A DNA stretch of 64,000 nucleotides. Origin: Candidatus Thalassarchaeaceae archaeon. Lineage in GTDB: Archaea > Thermoplasmatota > Poseidoniia > Poseidoniales > Thalassarchaeaceae. Both the position numbers and the translations under genes were made by a program. The stretch lies in contig JAPYUP010000005.1 of NCBI GenBank assembly GCA_029940695.1, positions 1,120 to 65,119 on the forward strand, given 5' to 3'. Below the pieces are notes generated by a model, which saw only the letters and a program-made list of their open reading frames with translations, did no database searches and was not told the origin of the DNA. How positions within the stretch are numbered: the first letter of the stretch is position 1; every line of letters starts with the position of its first letter. Of the stretch, positions 1 through 11,206 are shown in pieces.

Positions 1-346
1 GTCCCTCCTTGACCAGTATCTCGAGGATTGTTCCCGGCATCGGCGCCGTTAGGCTGCCCTCATTGGCCGAGGGACCCGGGCTCCCCCTCTCGTGGTGGTG
101 GACTACGTGGGTGTGACCGTCCATATGGATCCACCAGGCATCCCCTGACTTGGCCACGTGGACGAGCCTCGGCCTGCCGTCCACCTCTACCCTAAGCCTG
201 CCCTGCTTCTCGTCCCGAACGACCACTACGTTGGGTGAATCCACATCGACCCCATCTTGTGAGAGCGTCGAAACCCTGACCCTGCCGTTCTCCTCACTAA
301 GGGCAGCGCTGTACCTGCTCGAGTCACCTCCGACGCTCCACTCCAT
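1..346 (-). CDS. Biotin carboxyl carrier / biotinyl-domain protein, partial (runs off the window start)
   Basis: Minus-strand frame continuing after the accC stop. ATG at 344-346 gives MEWSVGGDS...SLTAPMPGTILEILVKEG, where APMPGTI..VKEG is the start of a biotinyl attachment domain. It lies 9 nt downstream of the biotin carboxylase gene in the same operon. Confidence 0.6.
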   Translation of the reverse strand, partial: MEWSVGGDSSRYSAALSEENGRVRVSTLSQDGVDVDSPNVVVVRDEKQGRLRVEVDGRPRLVHVAKSGDAWWIHMDGHTHVVHHHERGSPGPSANEGSLTAPMPGTILEILVKEG

Positions 347-355
347 ACTATCACC

Positions 356-1915
356 TTAGGGGAAGGGCCTCCGCAGGGTCCTGAACGGGTCCCCCGGATG
401 GCCGGTGTGCTCGTCGACGGTACCAGCCGCGGGGTGGTCTGCTTGGGTACGGTCGAGGCCGAGCCTCTGTGCGGCTGCCGCAATCGCCACGAGGGTTCCT
501 TTGTCGGCATCCGGTCCCGAGAGCTCCTCAGGGGGCGTATTGGCAAGGAAGTCGGTGTCTGCGTCGCCGCTCTGGAAGGCATGGTGCGCAGCAAGGCTGC
601 GCAGGAAGCCAATGTTAGTCTGCACGCCTAGGGCCACGAAATCGGCCAAGGCGGTGTCGAGCCTTCGGATAGCGGCGTGACGGTCTGGGGCGTGGACGAT
701 GAGCTTGGCGAGCATCGGGTCAAAGTCGATGGTGACCTCGTCGCCCTGCCGGACCCCAGAGTCGACTCTGATTCCCGGCCCCATGGGGGCCTGCCACATC
801 ACGAGCCGTCCGGTCGATGGCAGGAACAATCCCCCTTGGGGGTCCTCGGCATAGATTCGCGCCTCGATGGCGTGGCCGCTCTGCTTGACCCCGGGCTGAT
901 CTATGCCCAACGGCAGGCCTGCGGCAACCTCGAACTGCTTCTGGACCAGATCAATGCCGGTGGTCATCTCTGTGACCGGGTGCTCGACCTGTAGGCGGGT
1001 GTTCATCTCCAAGAAGTGGAACTGCCCGTTGCCCGACAGTAGGAACTCCACTGTCCCAGCGCCGATGTAGCCGACAGACCTAGCTGCGGTGACGGCAGCC
1101 TCCCCCATGGCCCTGCGGATTTCTGGAGAGATGGCAGGCGAGGGAGCCTCCTCGATGACCTTCTGGAATCGTCGCTGTATGGAGCAGTCACGCTCGTTGA
1201 GGTGTATGGCACCACCGTGCCGGTCGCACAGCACCTGGATCTCGACGTGTCTCGCTCCAGTGAGTAGCCTCTCGATGTAGATGGTGCCGTCGCCGAAGGC
1301 CGCTGCGGCCTCTCTGGCGGCCGCTTCGTACTCCGCGCGCAGAGCCCTCGGCTCTCTGACCGAGCGCATGCCCTTCCCGCCGCCGCCCGCGCTCGCCTTG
1401 AGCAGCAGAGGGTATCCTACCCTCGCGGCAGCGGCAGCCAGCACCCCTAGGTGGTCGGCGTCCTCCTCCACGGCCATCTCCTCCCCCGGAATGACAGGAA
1501 TCCCGGAGTCAATCATCAGAAGCCGGGCTGACACCTTGTCGCCCATGGCCTCTATGGCATCCCCCGGAGGGCCAATCCAGACCAATCCCGCTGCCTCGAC
1601 GGCGCGTGCGAAGTCCGCCCGCTCGGAGAGGAAGCCGTAACCGGGGTGTATCGCTTCGGCCCCGCATCCCTTAGCAGCCTCGATGATGGCATCCCCGTTG
1701 AGATAGGTCTGGTCGAGCGTGTCCCCTAGCAGGTGGACGGCCTGGTCTGCGACCTCGACGTGGAGCGAGTTGGCGTCGGCATCGGAGAATACGGCTATGC
1801 CGCCCAGACCCGCCTCGCGGGCTGCCTGAAGCAGCCGAACGGCGATCTCACCGCGGTTTGCCACGAGGACCGTTGCGAACGGCCGTGGTGACTCCTCCAT
1901 CCAATTTGGAAGCAT
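356..1915 (-). CDS. accC: Biotin carboxylase subunit of acetyl/propionyl-CoA carboxylase (ATP-grasp)
   Basis: 519-aa ORF with VANRGEIAVR, the ATP-grasp region and the biotin carboxylase C-domain (EMNTRLQVEHPVTE). Alternative ATG at 1900. Confidence 0.9.
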   Translation of the reverse strand: MLPNWMEESPRPFATVLVANRGEIAVRLLQAAREAGLGGIAVFSDADANSLHVEVADQAVHLLGDTLDQTYLNGDAIIEAAKGCGAEAIHPGYGFLSERADFARAVEAAGLVWIGPPGDAIEAMGDKVSARLLMIDSGIPVIPGEEMAVEEDADHLGVLAAAAARVGYPLLLKASAGGGGKGMRSVREPRALRAEYEAAAREAAAAFGDGTIYIERLLTGARHVEIQVLCDRHGGAIHLNERDCSIQRRFQKVIEEAPSPAISPEIRRAMGEAAVTAARSVGYIGAGTVEFLLSGNGQFHFLEMNTRLQVEHPVTEMTTGIDLVQKQFEVAAGLPLGIDQPGVKQSGHAIEARIYAEDPQGGLFLPSTGRLVMWQAPMGPGIRVDSGVRQGDEVTIDFDPMLAKLIVHAPDRHAAIRRLDTALADFVALGVQTNIGFLRSLAAHHAFQSGDADTDFLANTPPEELSGPDADKGTLVAIAAAAQRLGLDRTQADHPAAGTVDEHTGHPGDPFRTLRRPFP

Positions 1916-1917
1916 GC

Positions 1918-2787
1918 TCAGCCGTCCTGATTCTCTGAAGACCAGGCAGGCTTCCTACCATCGAGAAACGCCGCAAGTCCCTCTTGGCCCTCAGCCGAGG
2001 CGCGCATCTCGCTGGTCTTGTCGAGCGCCCACTCACGCAGCTCCTCGTCCGTGCCCATCCAGCGATCGAAGGAATCTATCAGACTCTTGGCCTCCACAAC
2101 GGCCACCGGACCCGTGGTGAGCACTGTCGCGATGGCCTCGTCGACGAGTCGTGACGCCTCCTCGGCGTTCGCGGCAATCTGGTCAACCATGCCGATCATC
2201 AGTGCCTCATCTGGCTCGAAGGTGCCTGCAAGCGTAGCGAGCCGTCGAAACTGCGCGCTGCCGACTCTTCTGTAGACATAGGGTCCGATTACCGCTGGCA
2301 GTATCCCCAGCTTGGCCTCAGACAGGGCGATTCGGGTGCCTGATGCCGCGATGGCATGATCGCAGCAGGCGACCAGCCCGGCGCCCCCTCCCAGGGCGAC
2401 TCCGTGCACCGAAGCGATGGTGAAGCAAGGATGGGACCACAGCCCGTTGAACAGCTTGTCGAGCCGCTCGGCGTCAGCCCGATTCTCCTTCGTCCCCTTG
2501 GTGCCGCCCTCCCGCATCATGTTGATGTCGGCGCCGGCGCAGAAGTGCCTGCCATCGGATCCAATGACTAGGGCACGCAGGTGATTCGCGCCCTCCGAAT
2601 CCAGCAGCTCCCCGGTGGAGCCCACAGAGCGTTCGGCCGTCCATGCGAGCACGTCGGCAATCTCGGAGATGAGTTGCGCGTTGAGCGCGTTGTGGACCTC
2701 GCTTCGGGTTAGGGTGAGGCGGGCGACGGGTCCGTCGATGTCAAGCCTGCATAGTTTGGTGACCGGTCTGTCATCGCTCATGCCCAT
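1918..2787 (-). CDS. Enoyl-CoA hydratase/crotonase-family protein embedded in the carboxylase operon
   Basis: Crotonase-fold motifs FCAGADI and GVALGGGAGL. The listed ORF start at 2862 overlaps pccB; internal ATGs at 2787 or 2781 fit operon spacing. Confidence 0.75.
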   Translation of the reverse strand: MGMSDDRPVTKLCRLDIDGPVARLTLTRSEVHNALNAQLISEIADVLAWTAERSVGSTGELLDSEGANHLRALVIGSDGRHFCAGADINMMREGGTKGTKENRADAERLDKLFNGLWSHPCFTIASVHGVALGGGAGLVACCDHAIAASGTRIALSEAKLGILPAVIGPYVYRRVGSAQFRRLATLAGTFEPDEALMIGMVDQIAANAEEASRLVDEAIATVLTTGPVAVVEAKSLIDSFDRWMGTDEELREWALDKTSEMRASAEGQEGLAAFLDGRKPAWSSENQDG

Positions 2788-2791
2788 GTCA

Positions 2792-4351
2792 TCACATCCT
2801 GAAGACACCGTAGCCAGTGTCCGGCATGGAGGCGTTGAGACTGGCCGAGATACATAGTCCAAGCACGTCTCTGGTGTCCCTAGGGTCGATTACGCCGTCG
2901 TCCCACAAACGGGCCGTGGAGTAGTAGGGATTGCTCTCCTCCTCGTACTTGGACCTGATCTCGTCCGGGTCGGAATTGCCTACAGACGACAGTACGCTCG
3001 CGGCCTGCTCCCCCCCCATGACGCTGATTCTGGCATTGGGCCACATGAACAGGAACCGGGGGTCGTATGCCCGTCCGCACATGCCGTAGTTGCCTGCTCC
3101 GTGGGAGCCTCCGATGATGACGGTGAACTTGGGAACCGGGACGCATGAGACCGCAGTCACCAACTTGGCGCCGTCCTTGGCGATGCCGCCTGCCTCTGCG
3201 TCCCTCCCGACCATGAATCCGGTTATGTTCTGCAAGAAGATCAAGGGGATGCCTCTCTGGCCGCACAGCTCGACGAAGTGCGCTCCCTTCAACGAGGATT
3301 CCGAAAACAGGATACCGTTGTTCGCAAGGATACCCACAGGGTAGCCGTGAATCCTCGCGAAGCCGCAGACCAAGGTGGTACCGTAGCGTTGCTTGAACTC
3401 GTGGAAGCGCGAGCCATCGACGATCCTCGATATGATTTCACGCACGTCATAGGGCTTTCTGTTGTCACCGGGAACGATGCCCATGAGGTCCTCGACCTCG
3501 TGGGCTGGCTGCTCGGGCTGAGCGACGTCGAGCCTGTGCTTGGGGGCGATGTTGAGGTTCTCGACGATGCTTCGCACTATCCTCAGTGCCTCGGCCTCGT
3601 CCTCGGCGAAGTGGTCGGCGACCCCTGATTCGGAGGTGTGGACCTCCGCCCCACCCAAGTCCTGGGCAGTCACCTCCTCCCCGGTGGCCGCTTTGACTAG
3701 CGGAGGACCCGCTAGGAAGATCGTCCCGTTTCCCTTCACGATGATCGACTCATCCGACATCGCGGGAATGTAGGCGCCACCGGCGGTGCAGGACCCTAGG
3801 ACGGCTGCGACTTGCGGAATTCCCTTGCTCGATAGGATGGCTTGGTTTCGGAAGATGCGGCCGAAGTGCAGCTTGTCAGGGAACACCTCGTCCTGCAAGG
3901 GCAGGAAGGCGCCACCAGAGTCAACGAGGTAGATGCAAGGCAGGTTGTTCTCCTCTGCGATTTCCTGCGCCCTGATGTGCTTCTTGACGGTCATGGGATA
4001 ATACGAGCCTCCCTTGATGGTCGCATCGTTGGCAACGAACATGCACTCCTTTCCATGCACCACCCCAATCCCGGTGACTATGCCAGCAGAGTGCGCCTTG
4101 CCGTCGTAGAGCCCACCGGCAGCAAGCGATGACATCTCCAGGAACGGTGCCCCTTGGTCACAGACCTCGGTAATCCTTTCCCTCGGTAGGCGCTTGCCGC
4201 GCTCCCTGTGCCTCTCGACGTGGCGCTCCTCACCTCCCCGCCTTGCCGCGTCGAGCCTCTGTCTCAGATCCTCGGACAGCGCTAGGTTGCGCTCGCGGCG
4301 AGCCTCGAACTCGTCGCTACCACGGTCGATTCTGGTGGGCAGCCTGTCCAT
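2792..4351 (-). CDS. pccB: Propionyl-CoA carboxylase beta / acyl-CoA carboxyltransferase subunit
   Basis: 519 aa with typical carboxyltransferase N- and C-domains ([12 protein letters not shown]..., [18 protein letters not shown]). Confidence 0.9.
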   Translation of the reverse strand: MDRLPTRIDRGSDEFEARRERNLALSEDLRQRLDAARRGGEERHVERHRERGKRLPRERITEVCDQGAPFLEMSSLAAGGLYDGKAHSAGIVTGIGVVHGKECMFVANDATIKGGSYYPMTVKKHIRAQEIAEENNLPCIYLVDSGGAFLPLQDEVFPDKLHFGRIFRNQAILSSKGIPQVAAVLGSCTAGGAYIPAMSDESIIVKGNGTIFLAGPPLVKAATGEEVTAQDLGGAEVHTSESGVADHFAEDEAEALRIVRSIVENLNIAPKHRLDVAQPEQPAHEVEDLMGIVPGDNRKPYDVREIISRIVDGSRFHEFKQRYGTTLVCGFARIHGYPVGILANNGILFSESSLKGAHFVELCGQRGIPLIFLQNITGFMVGRDAEAGGIAKDGAKLVTAVSCVPVPKFTVIIGGSHGAGNYGMCGRAYDPRFLFMWPNARISVMGGEQAASVLSSVGNSDPDEIRSKYEEESNPYYSTARLWDDGVIDPRDTRDVLGLCISASLNASMPDTGYGVFRM

Positions 4352-4419
4352 GTCTCTCAGGTCCCTCAGACAGAGCGTGAGCCTTCAATTGAATGGGCTC
4401 GACATCGCAGATGTCGATT

Positions 4420-5724
<1,305 letters not shown>

Positions 5725-5745
5725 TTATGCGTGGCGGCTCTGGAG

Positions 5746-6465
5746 TCACTCATCATCGTAAGTGATGCTCTCGTCATCGGCCAGCTCTATGATTTCCGAG
5801 ACCTCGGTGTCGTCCATTGGTTCCTCCTGCGATTCAGCCAGCCTCCTCCTGCGGGCCTCGGTGAACCCGGGCACCATTATGTCGAACGAATCGGAGTCGG
5901 CGTCCCTTCGTTCCTCGAAGGTCTCCAGAGACTTGGAGCGGAGTCTCTGCCTCTTTCTGTCCTGCTCCAAGCCGAAGAGCACCGTGCTGTGCTCGGAGCC
6001 GCCGAGGATGCCTTCTATCGCAGGAGTGGAGAGTGCCAAGCCATCGTTGTCGCCCATTACGACAACGGTGGATCCGTAAATCGCAATCTCACAGTTCGAC
6101 ATCTCCTCAATTAGGCTGCGGATCCGACCGTTGGTGCCAATCAGTCTGCTTCTCATTCGGCGCGTCTGGTTCGGCTGACGCCCAACCCACTCTCGAATGT
6201 CGTAAATTCGCAGGAACATGTCATCCTCGATGAGCTGTATGGCACGCTTCGGTGCTAGGCCCCTGCCGATGGCCGTGACTACGTCAGGTATCTTCATCCT
6301 CTTGACGGGATCCGTGTCCTCGGACCACTGGATGGAGACGTCCCCAGTCTGCGAGTCCACGCTAATCTCACCCCCACATGCCTCCTCGATCATCCTGCGG
6401 GTCTGTCCGCCCTTGCCGATTAGCACGGCGATCCTATCCTTCGGCACTCGGCAGAGATGCTCCAC
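5746..6465 (-). CDS. KH-domain RNA-binding protein (Dim2/Pno1-like) with acidic C-terminal tail
   Basis: Two KH GXXG motifs (IGKGGQTRR, IGTNGRIR). GTG start. Sits in the conserved position between Rio1 and the upstream membrane protein. Confidence 0.75.
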   Translation of the reverse strand: MEHLCRVPKDRIAVLIGKGGQTRRMIEEACGGEISVDSQTGDVSIQWSEDTDPVKRMKIPDVVTAIGRGLAPKRAIQLIEDDMFLRIYDIREWVGRQPNQTRRMRSRLIGTNGRIRSLIEEMSNCEIAIYGSTVVVMGDNDGLALSTPAIEGILGGSEHSTVLFGLEQDRKRQRLRSKSLETFEERRDADSDSFDIMVPGFTEARRRRLAESQEEPMDDTEVSEIIELADDESITYDDE

Positions 6466-6491
6466 GACAGCGCTCGACCCGCCACCCTGCT

Positions 6492-7376
6492 TTAATCCCC
6501 GCTAGGAAGCGGGTCGAGCTTCGTAACCGGGTCGTCGAGGACCCTTACGAGACTCTCGGCCACCGATATCTCGTGTCCCTGCCTGCCAATCCACTCGGTC
6601 AGACGAGTCACGTCCCTGACTAGGAACTCCTTGGCGCTCGGGTGCCTTGTAGTGACGCTTTGGCCGACGTCGATTACCCAAGGCTGGCCATCATGCCAGA
6701 GGACATTATACTCACTGAAGTCAGCGTGCACGAGATCGCAGGTCTGCCAGATTATCGCCGCTATCTCCAGCAGGTCCTCGAAAACCCCCATGGGATCCTC
6801 AAGCTTGATATCCTTCAGCCTGGGGCTCGCCGCTTCCTCGGTGCCGATGAACTCCATTACGAGGATGTTTTTCAGGCTGGACTTCGGCTCCGGGACCCTG
6901 AGACCGTGCTTCCTCATCCTCTTGAGGTTCCTGGACTCCTTGCGGACCCAGATGTTAACGAGTTCCCGGTGGCGTCGAGATAGTCCCGAGAACCTGGGAT
7001 CGCCGTCGATGTACTTGGCGAGTCCCTTGAATACCGCATTGGTCGTGTGGAAGATCTTGACGGCAAGAGGGCCCTGTTTGGAGGTAGCTCGGAAGACGTG
7101 CGCCTCCTTGCCCCGTGCAATCGGGTAGTCGATGGTTTCGATGTTGCCCTGCTCCATCAACTTGTGCAGCGCCAGCAGCGTCGAACGGTCGAAGACTTGA
7201 TCGAAGACACGCCTGTCCACCCACTCGTACTTGCCCTTGCCCATGACTCCCTGGAGGGCGTCCTCTATGTCGGTAAACATCCGCTTGAACCTAGGATCGG
7301 AAATCCACTCGTGCTTCTTCTCGGCCCTGAGCAGGCTGTCGATGTCGTCCTCGTCCCAATCCTCTTCTCGAGGCAT
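6492..7376 (-). CDS. rio1: RIO-type serine/threonine protein kinase (Rio1)
   Basis: 294 aa with the RIO kinase core (HADFSEYNVLW, catalytic/metal-binding motifs). Forms the conserved archaeal neighbourhood with aIF1A and the KH protein. Confidence 0.85.
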   Translation of the reverse strand: MPREEDWDEDDIDSLLRAEKKHEWISDPRFKRMFTDIEDALQGVMGKGKYEWVDRRVFDQVFDRSTLLALHKLMEQGNIETIDYPIARGKEAHVFRATSKQGPLAVKIFHTTNAVFKGLAKYIDGDPRFSGLSRRHRELVNIWVRKESRNLKRMRKHGLRVPEPKSSLKNILVMEFIGTEEAASPRLKDIKLEDPMGVFEDLLEIAAIIWQTCDLVHADFSEYNVLWHDGQPWVIDVGQSVTTRHPSAKEFLVRDVTRLTEWIGRQGHEISVAESLVRVLDDPVTKLDPLPSGD

Positions 7377-7380
7377 TCAC

Positions 7381-7893
7381 TCACCCGAAGAACGAGTCGA
7401 TGTCGTCCTCGTCCCCATCATCCACAACCGTCTCTTCAGTCTCCTCGGTGGGCTCTTCCTCGTCCCCTTCGTGCACAACCTCAAGGTCGGGGGTCGGGGC
7501 TGCCTCGCCTAATTGTCCGACCTCGTCGTCCTTGGTCATACCGAACAGATCCACTATCTCTGGGAGGACGCCCTTTCGCGAGAGGTAGAGGGATTGAGTC
7601 TTGGTGTAGCGCATGCACACGTTCGCCTTCTCGTCCTGGAACTCCCATGGCTGGATGACAATCAGGTCGCCTTCGCGGACCCACTGCCGACGTCGCATTT
7701 TCCCTGGAATCCTTGCCAGACGGCTCTCACCATCTTCGCAGACCGACCTCACCCGGCGCCCGCCCAAAATCTGGTCGGCAATCGCGAACATCTCGTTGAC
7801 CTTGCGCTTTGGGAGGGGCACGCGAATGCGGTCGCCTCCTGACTCGAGCTGCGCGAGCAGTTCTGTGTCAACGGTTTCCTCTCTACGAGCCAT
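7381..7893 (-). CDS. eif1a: Translation initiation factor aIF-1A with an unusually long acidic C-terminal tail
   Basis: S1-like OB domain (RRVRSVCEDGESRLARIPGKMRRRQWVREGDLIVIQPWEF) followed by about 55 aa of D/E-rich tail ending DEDDIDSFFG. Confidence 0.85.
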   Translation of the reverse strand: MARREETVDTELLAQLESGGDRIRVPLPKRKVNEMFAIADQILGGRRVRSVCEDGESRLARIPGKMRRRQWVREGDLIVIQPWEFQDEKANVCMRYTKTQSLYLSRKGVLPEIVDLFGMTKDDEVGQLGEAAPTPDLEVVHEGDEEEPTEETEETVVDDGDEDDIDSFFG

Positions 7894-7937
7894 AGGGGGT
7901 GGGTTGAGCGGCCCCTATGTGAAGTTGAGCCTGTCAA

Positions 7938-9632
7938 TCAAAGGCCTAGGAAGGCATCTGCGGCGCCGCTGACTATGTCAAGGGCTGCCTCGCTGAGCAG
8001 GCCTATCCCGAATAGGATCGTCAGGATGGCACAGATTGCGATGGCTGCCCTAAGGGGAATGGCACCAACGATGGGAGTGGCGTCCTCGGGCGCCTCGTAG
8101 AACATGACCAGCCCTATCCTAAGGTAGTAGAACAGCGAGAGAGCGCTGTTGGCCACGATGGCTGCTGCTAGCCAAAAGACGGGGTCGACGCTCACGGCCC
8201 AAGGTAGCACAGCACTGCTAGTGAGGCTCCCCGTCCCCGCGGTTATATTTACGATACCGTTGATCATCAGCAGTTTCGAGAGGAAGCCCGAGAACGGTGG
8301 AACCCCGGCCAGCGAGAGCATGAACACGAACATCGAGGCCGCGATTATCGGGTCGCGACGAGCCAATCCATGGAGGCCCTCGAGGCGATGGCTGCCACCC
8401 CCGGTCTCAATCATCGAAAGTACGAGGAACGCGCCGAGCTTGAACAGGACGAGTATGGTAAGGTGGAACAGCACGGCGGTGACTACGAGCGCGTTGGCGG
8501 CGGCGTCGCCCAGACCAGTTCCGATGGCTGCGAGCGCGGCGAGCATGTAACCTGCATGGGCTACGCTCGAGTATGCGAGAATCCGCTTCGGGTTGTCGCT
8601 GGAAAGCGCTGCTAGATTGCCCCACGTCATGGTAATCACGGCGATAGCGGCAATAATCGCCATCCAGAATCCCTCTCCGGTCGAGGGCATCGTGACGATG
8701 ATGAGTACTCTCATCAGAGCTACGAATCCCATGGCCTTCGAGGCCGTTGCCAGCAATCCTGCGACTGGGGAAGAGGCGCCGGAGTAGGCATCTGGGATGG
8801 CGAGGTGGAAGGGAGCGGCGCCAACCTTGAATCCGAATGCCACGAGCATGAGGCCGACACCGATTACGGCTAACGGGTCGAGAGTTTCCATTGCACCCCA
8901 GGAGGAGGACAGTCCCGAAATGCTCAGGTCGCCGTTCCAAAGGTATAGCAGGGACATGCCGTAGATGCCAGCGGCCGAAGCCACCGAACCGACGATGAAG
9001 TACTTCGTTCCGGCCTCACCGCCCACGTCGGACTCCTTGTGGAAGCCGACGAGGACGTAGGACGAAAGCGAGGCTAGCTCCAAGCACACGAAGAGCATAA
9101 ACAGATGAGTGGACTTGGCCATCAGGGACATGCCAAGCCCGGCCATCAGCAGAAGGATGTGGAAGTCGGCCTGCCTTCTGTTGTTATACAGAGAGATGAT
9201 TTTGGCCGCTTCCGCCTCGGCGCTGTCTCGCCTCTTCGGGGTTGCTGCACTCGGGTCGGCGGGCAGCCTGTGGGTGGTCGCAATAGCGACGAGCAGGAGA
9301 GCGGAAGTGAAGATCACAGTGAGGAGACTGCTGAAGCGATCGATGTGCAGAACATTGCCGAAATCCCCGGACGTCTCGCCAAAGAGCATGGAGGCGGACA
9401 GCGCCACTGAGGAAGCCAGAAAAACCAGTGCTAGCGCATTCGGCAGCCGTGGGTCCCTAGTTAGGGTGAACCGGGTCCCGCCGAGGAGAATGGGGATGCG
9501 AACGCTCGTGAGAGGTATCCTCATCCTGGCATCGCCCAGATTGGGAATCAGTAATATCGCCAGCAAACCTGCAAGCATCACTAGCTCGGGAAGTATGAGG
9601 TCATAGGCCAATCCGTCCAACTCCGAGCTCAT
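7938..9632 (-). CDS. nuoN: NADH-quinone oxidoreductase subunit N
   Basis: 564-aa polytopic antiporter-like subunit. ATGA overlap with nuoM. Last gene of the nuo operon. Confidence 0.8.
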   Translation of the reverse strand: MSSELDGLAYDLILPELVMLAGLLAILLIPNLGDARMRIPLTSVRIPILLGGTRFTLTRDPRLPNALALVFLASSVALSASMLFGETSGDFGNVLHIDRFSSLLTVIFTSALLLVAIATTHRLPADPSAATPKRRDSAEAEAAKIISLYNNRRQADFHILLLMAGLGMSLMAKSTHLFMLFVCLELASLSSYVLVGFHKESDVGGEAGTKYFIVGSVASAAGIYGMSLLYLWNGDLSISGLSSSWGAMETLDPLAVIGVGLMLVAFGFKVGAAPFHLAIPDAYSGASSPVAGLLATASKAMGFVALMRVLIIVTMPSTGEGFWMAIIAAIAVITMTWGNLAALSSDNPKRILAYSSVAHAGYMLAALAAIGTGLGDAAANALVVTAVLFHLTILVLFKLGAFLVLSMIETGGGSHRLEGLHGLARRDPIIAASMFVFMLSLAGVPPFSGFLSKLLMINGIVNITAGTGSLTSSAVLPWAVSVDPVFWLAAAIVANSALSLFYYLRIGLVMFYEAPEDATPIVGAIPLRAAIAICAILTILFGIGLLSEAALDIVSGAADAFLGL

Positions 9633-11206
9633 GGCCTCACCCCCTTGGAAATCATGGCATCTTTGAGTACGCCGAGCACCATCTCACTGCTCCAGTCAGA
9701 CATCATGTCCCAGAAAATGAACGGCAGGATTCCAAACAGGACGGTGAAGGCTGCCAACACGAACATGCCGGCGTTCTCGTGCCAGGTGATATCGCGTGGG
9801 CTCTCATCGTGGAGGGTCTCGGGGAGGATTCCTTGATGGGGGTCGTTGGACTCAAAAATAGTCCTCTGCATCGAAGTGATGTAATACGCAGCAGTGATAA
9901 TGAGCGTCAGCGCGGGCAGCAGGACCAGCCATCCGAAAGTCATCCAGAAGGCGATTAGTATAGCCACCTCGGCGACGAAACCAGCGAGCAGGGGTAGCCC
10001 GAGGCTCGCCATCCACCCAATCATCATGTGGCCTGACAACCATGGGCTATGGTGTGCGATTCCGCGCATCGATCCGATCTCCAGTGTGTGATAATGGTGC
10101 TTGAAGGCGCCGGCCACCGCGAACAGCAGCGGGCTGATGATGCCATGTGCGAACATCATGTACAACGCACCAGCGATTCCCAGAGGCTGCATCGTCGCGA
10201 TACCGAGGAAAATCAGGCCCATGTGTGAGACCGACGAGTATGCCACCATTCGCTTGAGGTTGGTCTGGCCCAAGCAGACCCACGCCCCGTAGACCAGGCT
10301 CACCATTCCAAGCAGAATCAGCAGCGGCGTGAAGACGATAGTGGAACCGGGGAATGCCGTCACTGCAACCCTCAGGAAGCCGTACGCGCCCATCTTCAGC
10401 ATAACACCGGCCAGAATCATCGAGCCTGCAGTAGGTGCCTCGACGTGTGCATCCGGAAGCCAAGTGTGGACTGGGACGCTAGGCATCTTGGTCGCGAATC
10501 CAATCAGCAGAAGTAGCCAGACGAAGTGTCTGAGTCCCTCGCTCGGAATCAGATTGTCATTTGCGAGCATCGTCACGAGGTCGAATGTGTGACCGGTTGC
10601 CGTGTCGGCGCTGGTGTGGAAGTACATCACGAGGAACCCGAACAGCATGACGACGCTCGCCGTGAAAGTGTAGATGAAGAATTTCATCGCAGCATAGCGG
10701 CGATCCTCTCCGCCCCACATCAGTATCAGGAAGAACATGGGGATCAGCGTTAGTTCCCAGAACACATAGAAGACAAAGAGATCAAGAGCCACGAAGACGC
10801 CTAGCAGCGCACCCTCCATGACTAGCAAGAGAGGGTGGAAGACGTGCCCGTGCTTGGCATCCCACTCGACCAGCATTGACACAGGGATGAGCATGGCCGT
10901 TAGCCAAATCATCGGGAATGAGAGGGCATCGGCACCGACGTGCCAGGACACCCCGATGTAGGGAATGAGGTCCATGGGAGTGTTCTCGAGATGGTAGTCT
11001 CCCAACTGTATGTCCATCCAGTTGATGTCGCTGAGCGAGGCCATGGCCGCCCATGTCGATATGGCGAACAGGGCGAGGGCAACACCGAGGCTCACGTTCC
11101 GGCTGACCCTTTTGATGCTCTCAGCTGCTTGCCCGGGAAGGACTAGGGGCAGCAGGAGCAGAGTCAGTCCCACCGCAATCGGACTCAGTACTAGGATGGT
11201 CAGCAT
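9629..11206 (-). CDS. nuoM: NADH-quinone oxidoreductase subunit M
   Basis: Antiporter-like subunit. The ORF-track start at 11224 is TTG; the ATG at 11204-11206 forms an ATGA overlap with the nuoL stop. Confidence 0.8.
   Translation of the reverse strand: MLTILVLSPIAVGLTLLLLPLVLPGQAAESIKRVSRNVSLGVALALFAISTWAAMASLSDINWMDIQLGDYHLENTPMDLIPYIGVSWHVGADALSFPMIWLTAMLIPVSMLVEWDAKHGHVFHPLLLVMEGALLGVFVALDLFVFYVFWELTLIPMFFLILMWGGEDRRYAAMKFFIYTFTASVVMLFGFLVMYFHTSADTATGHTFDLVTMLANDNLIPSEGLRHFVWLLLLIGFATKMPSVPVHTWLPDAHVEAPTAGSMILAGVMLKMGAYGFLRVAVTAFPGSTIVFTPLLILLGMVSLVYGAWVCLGQTNLKRMVAYSSVSHMGLIFLGIATMQPLGIAGALYMMFAHGIISPLLFAVAGAFKHHYHTLEIGSMRGIAHHSPWLSGHMMIGWMASLGLPLLAGFVAEVAILIAFWMTFGWLVLLPALTLIITAAYYITSMQRTIFESNDPHQGILPETLHDESPRDITWHENAGMFVLAAFTVLFGILPFIFWDMMSDWSSEMVLGVLKDAMISKGVRP

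Noticed and set aside
150-612. ORF-track entries 150..359 (+) and 226..612 (-)
   Set aside because: Both are out-of-frame shadows. The real genes here are the BCCP fragment (1..346, minus strand) and accC. Neither ORF has motifs, and both overlap the true frames.
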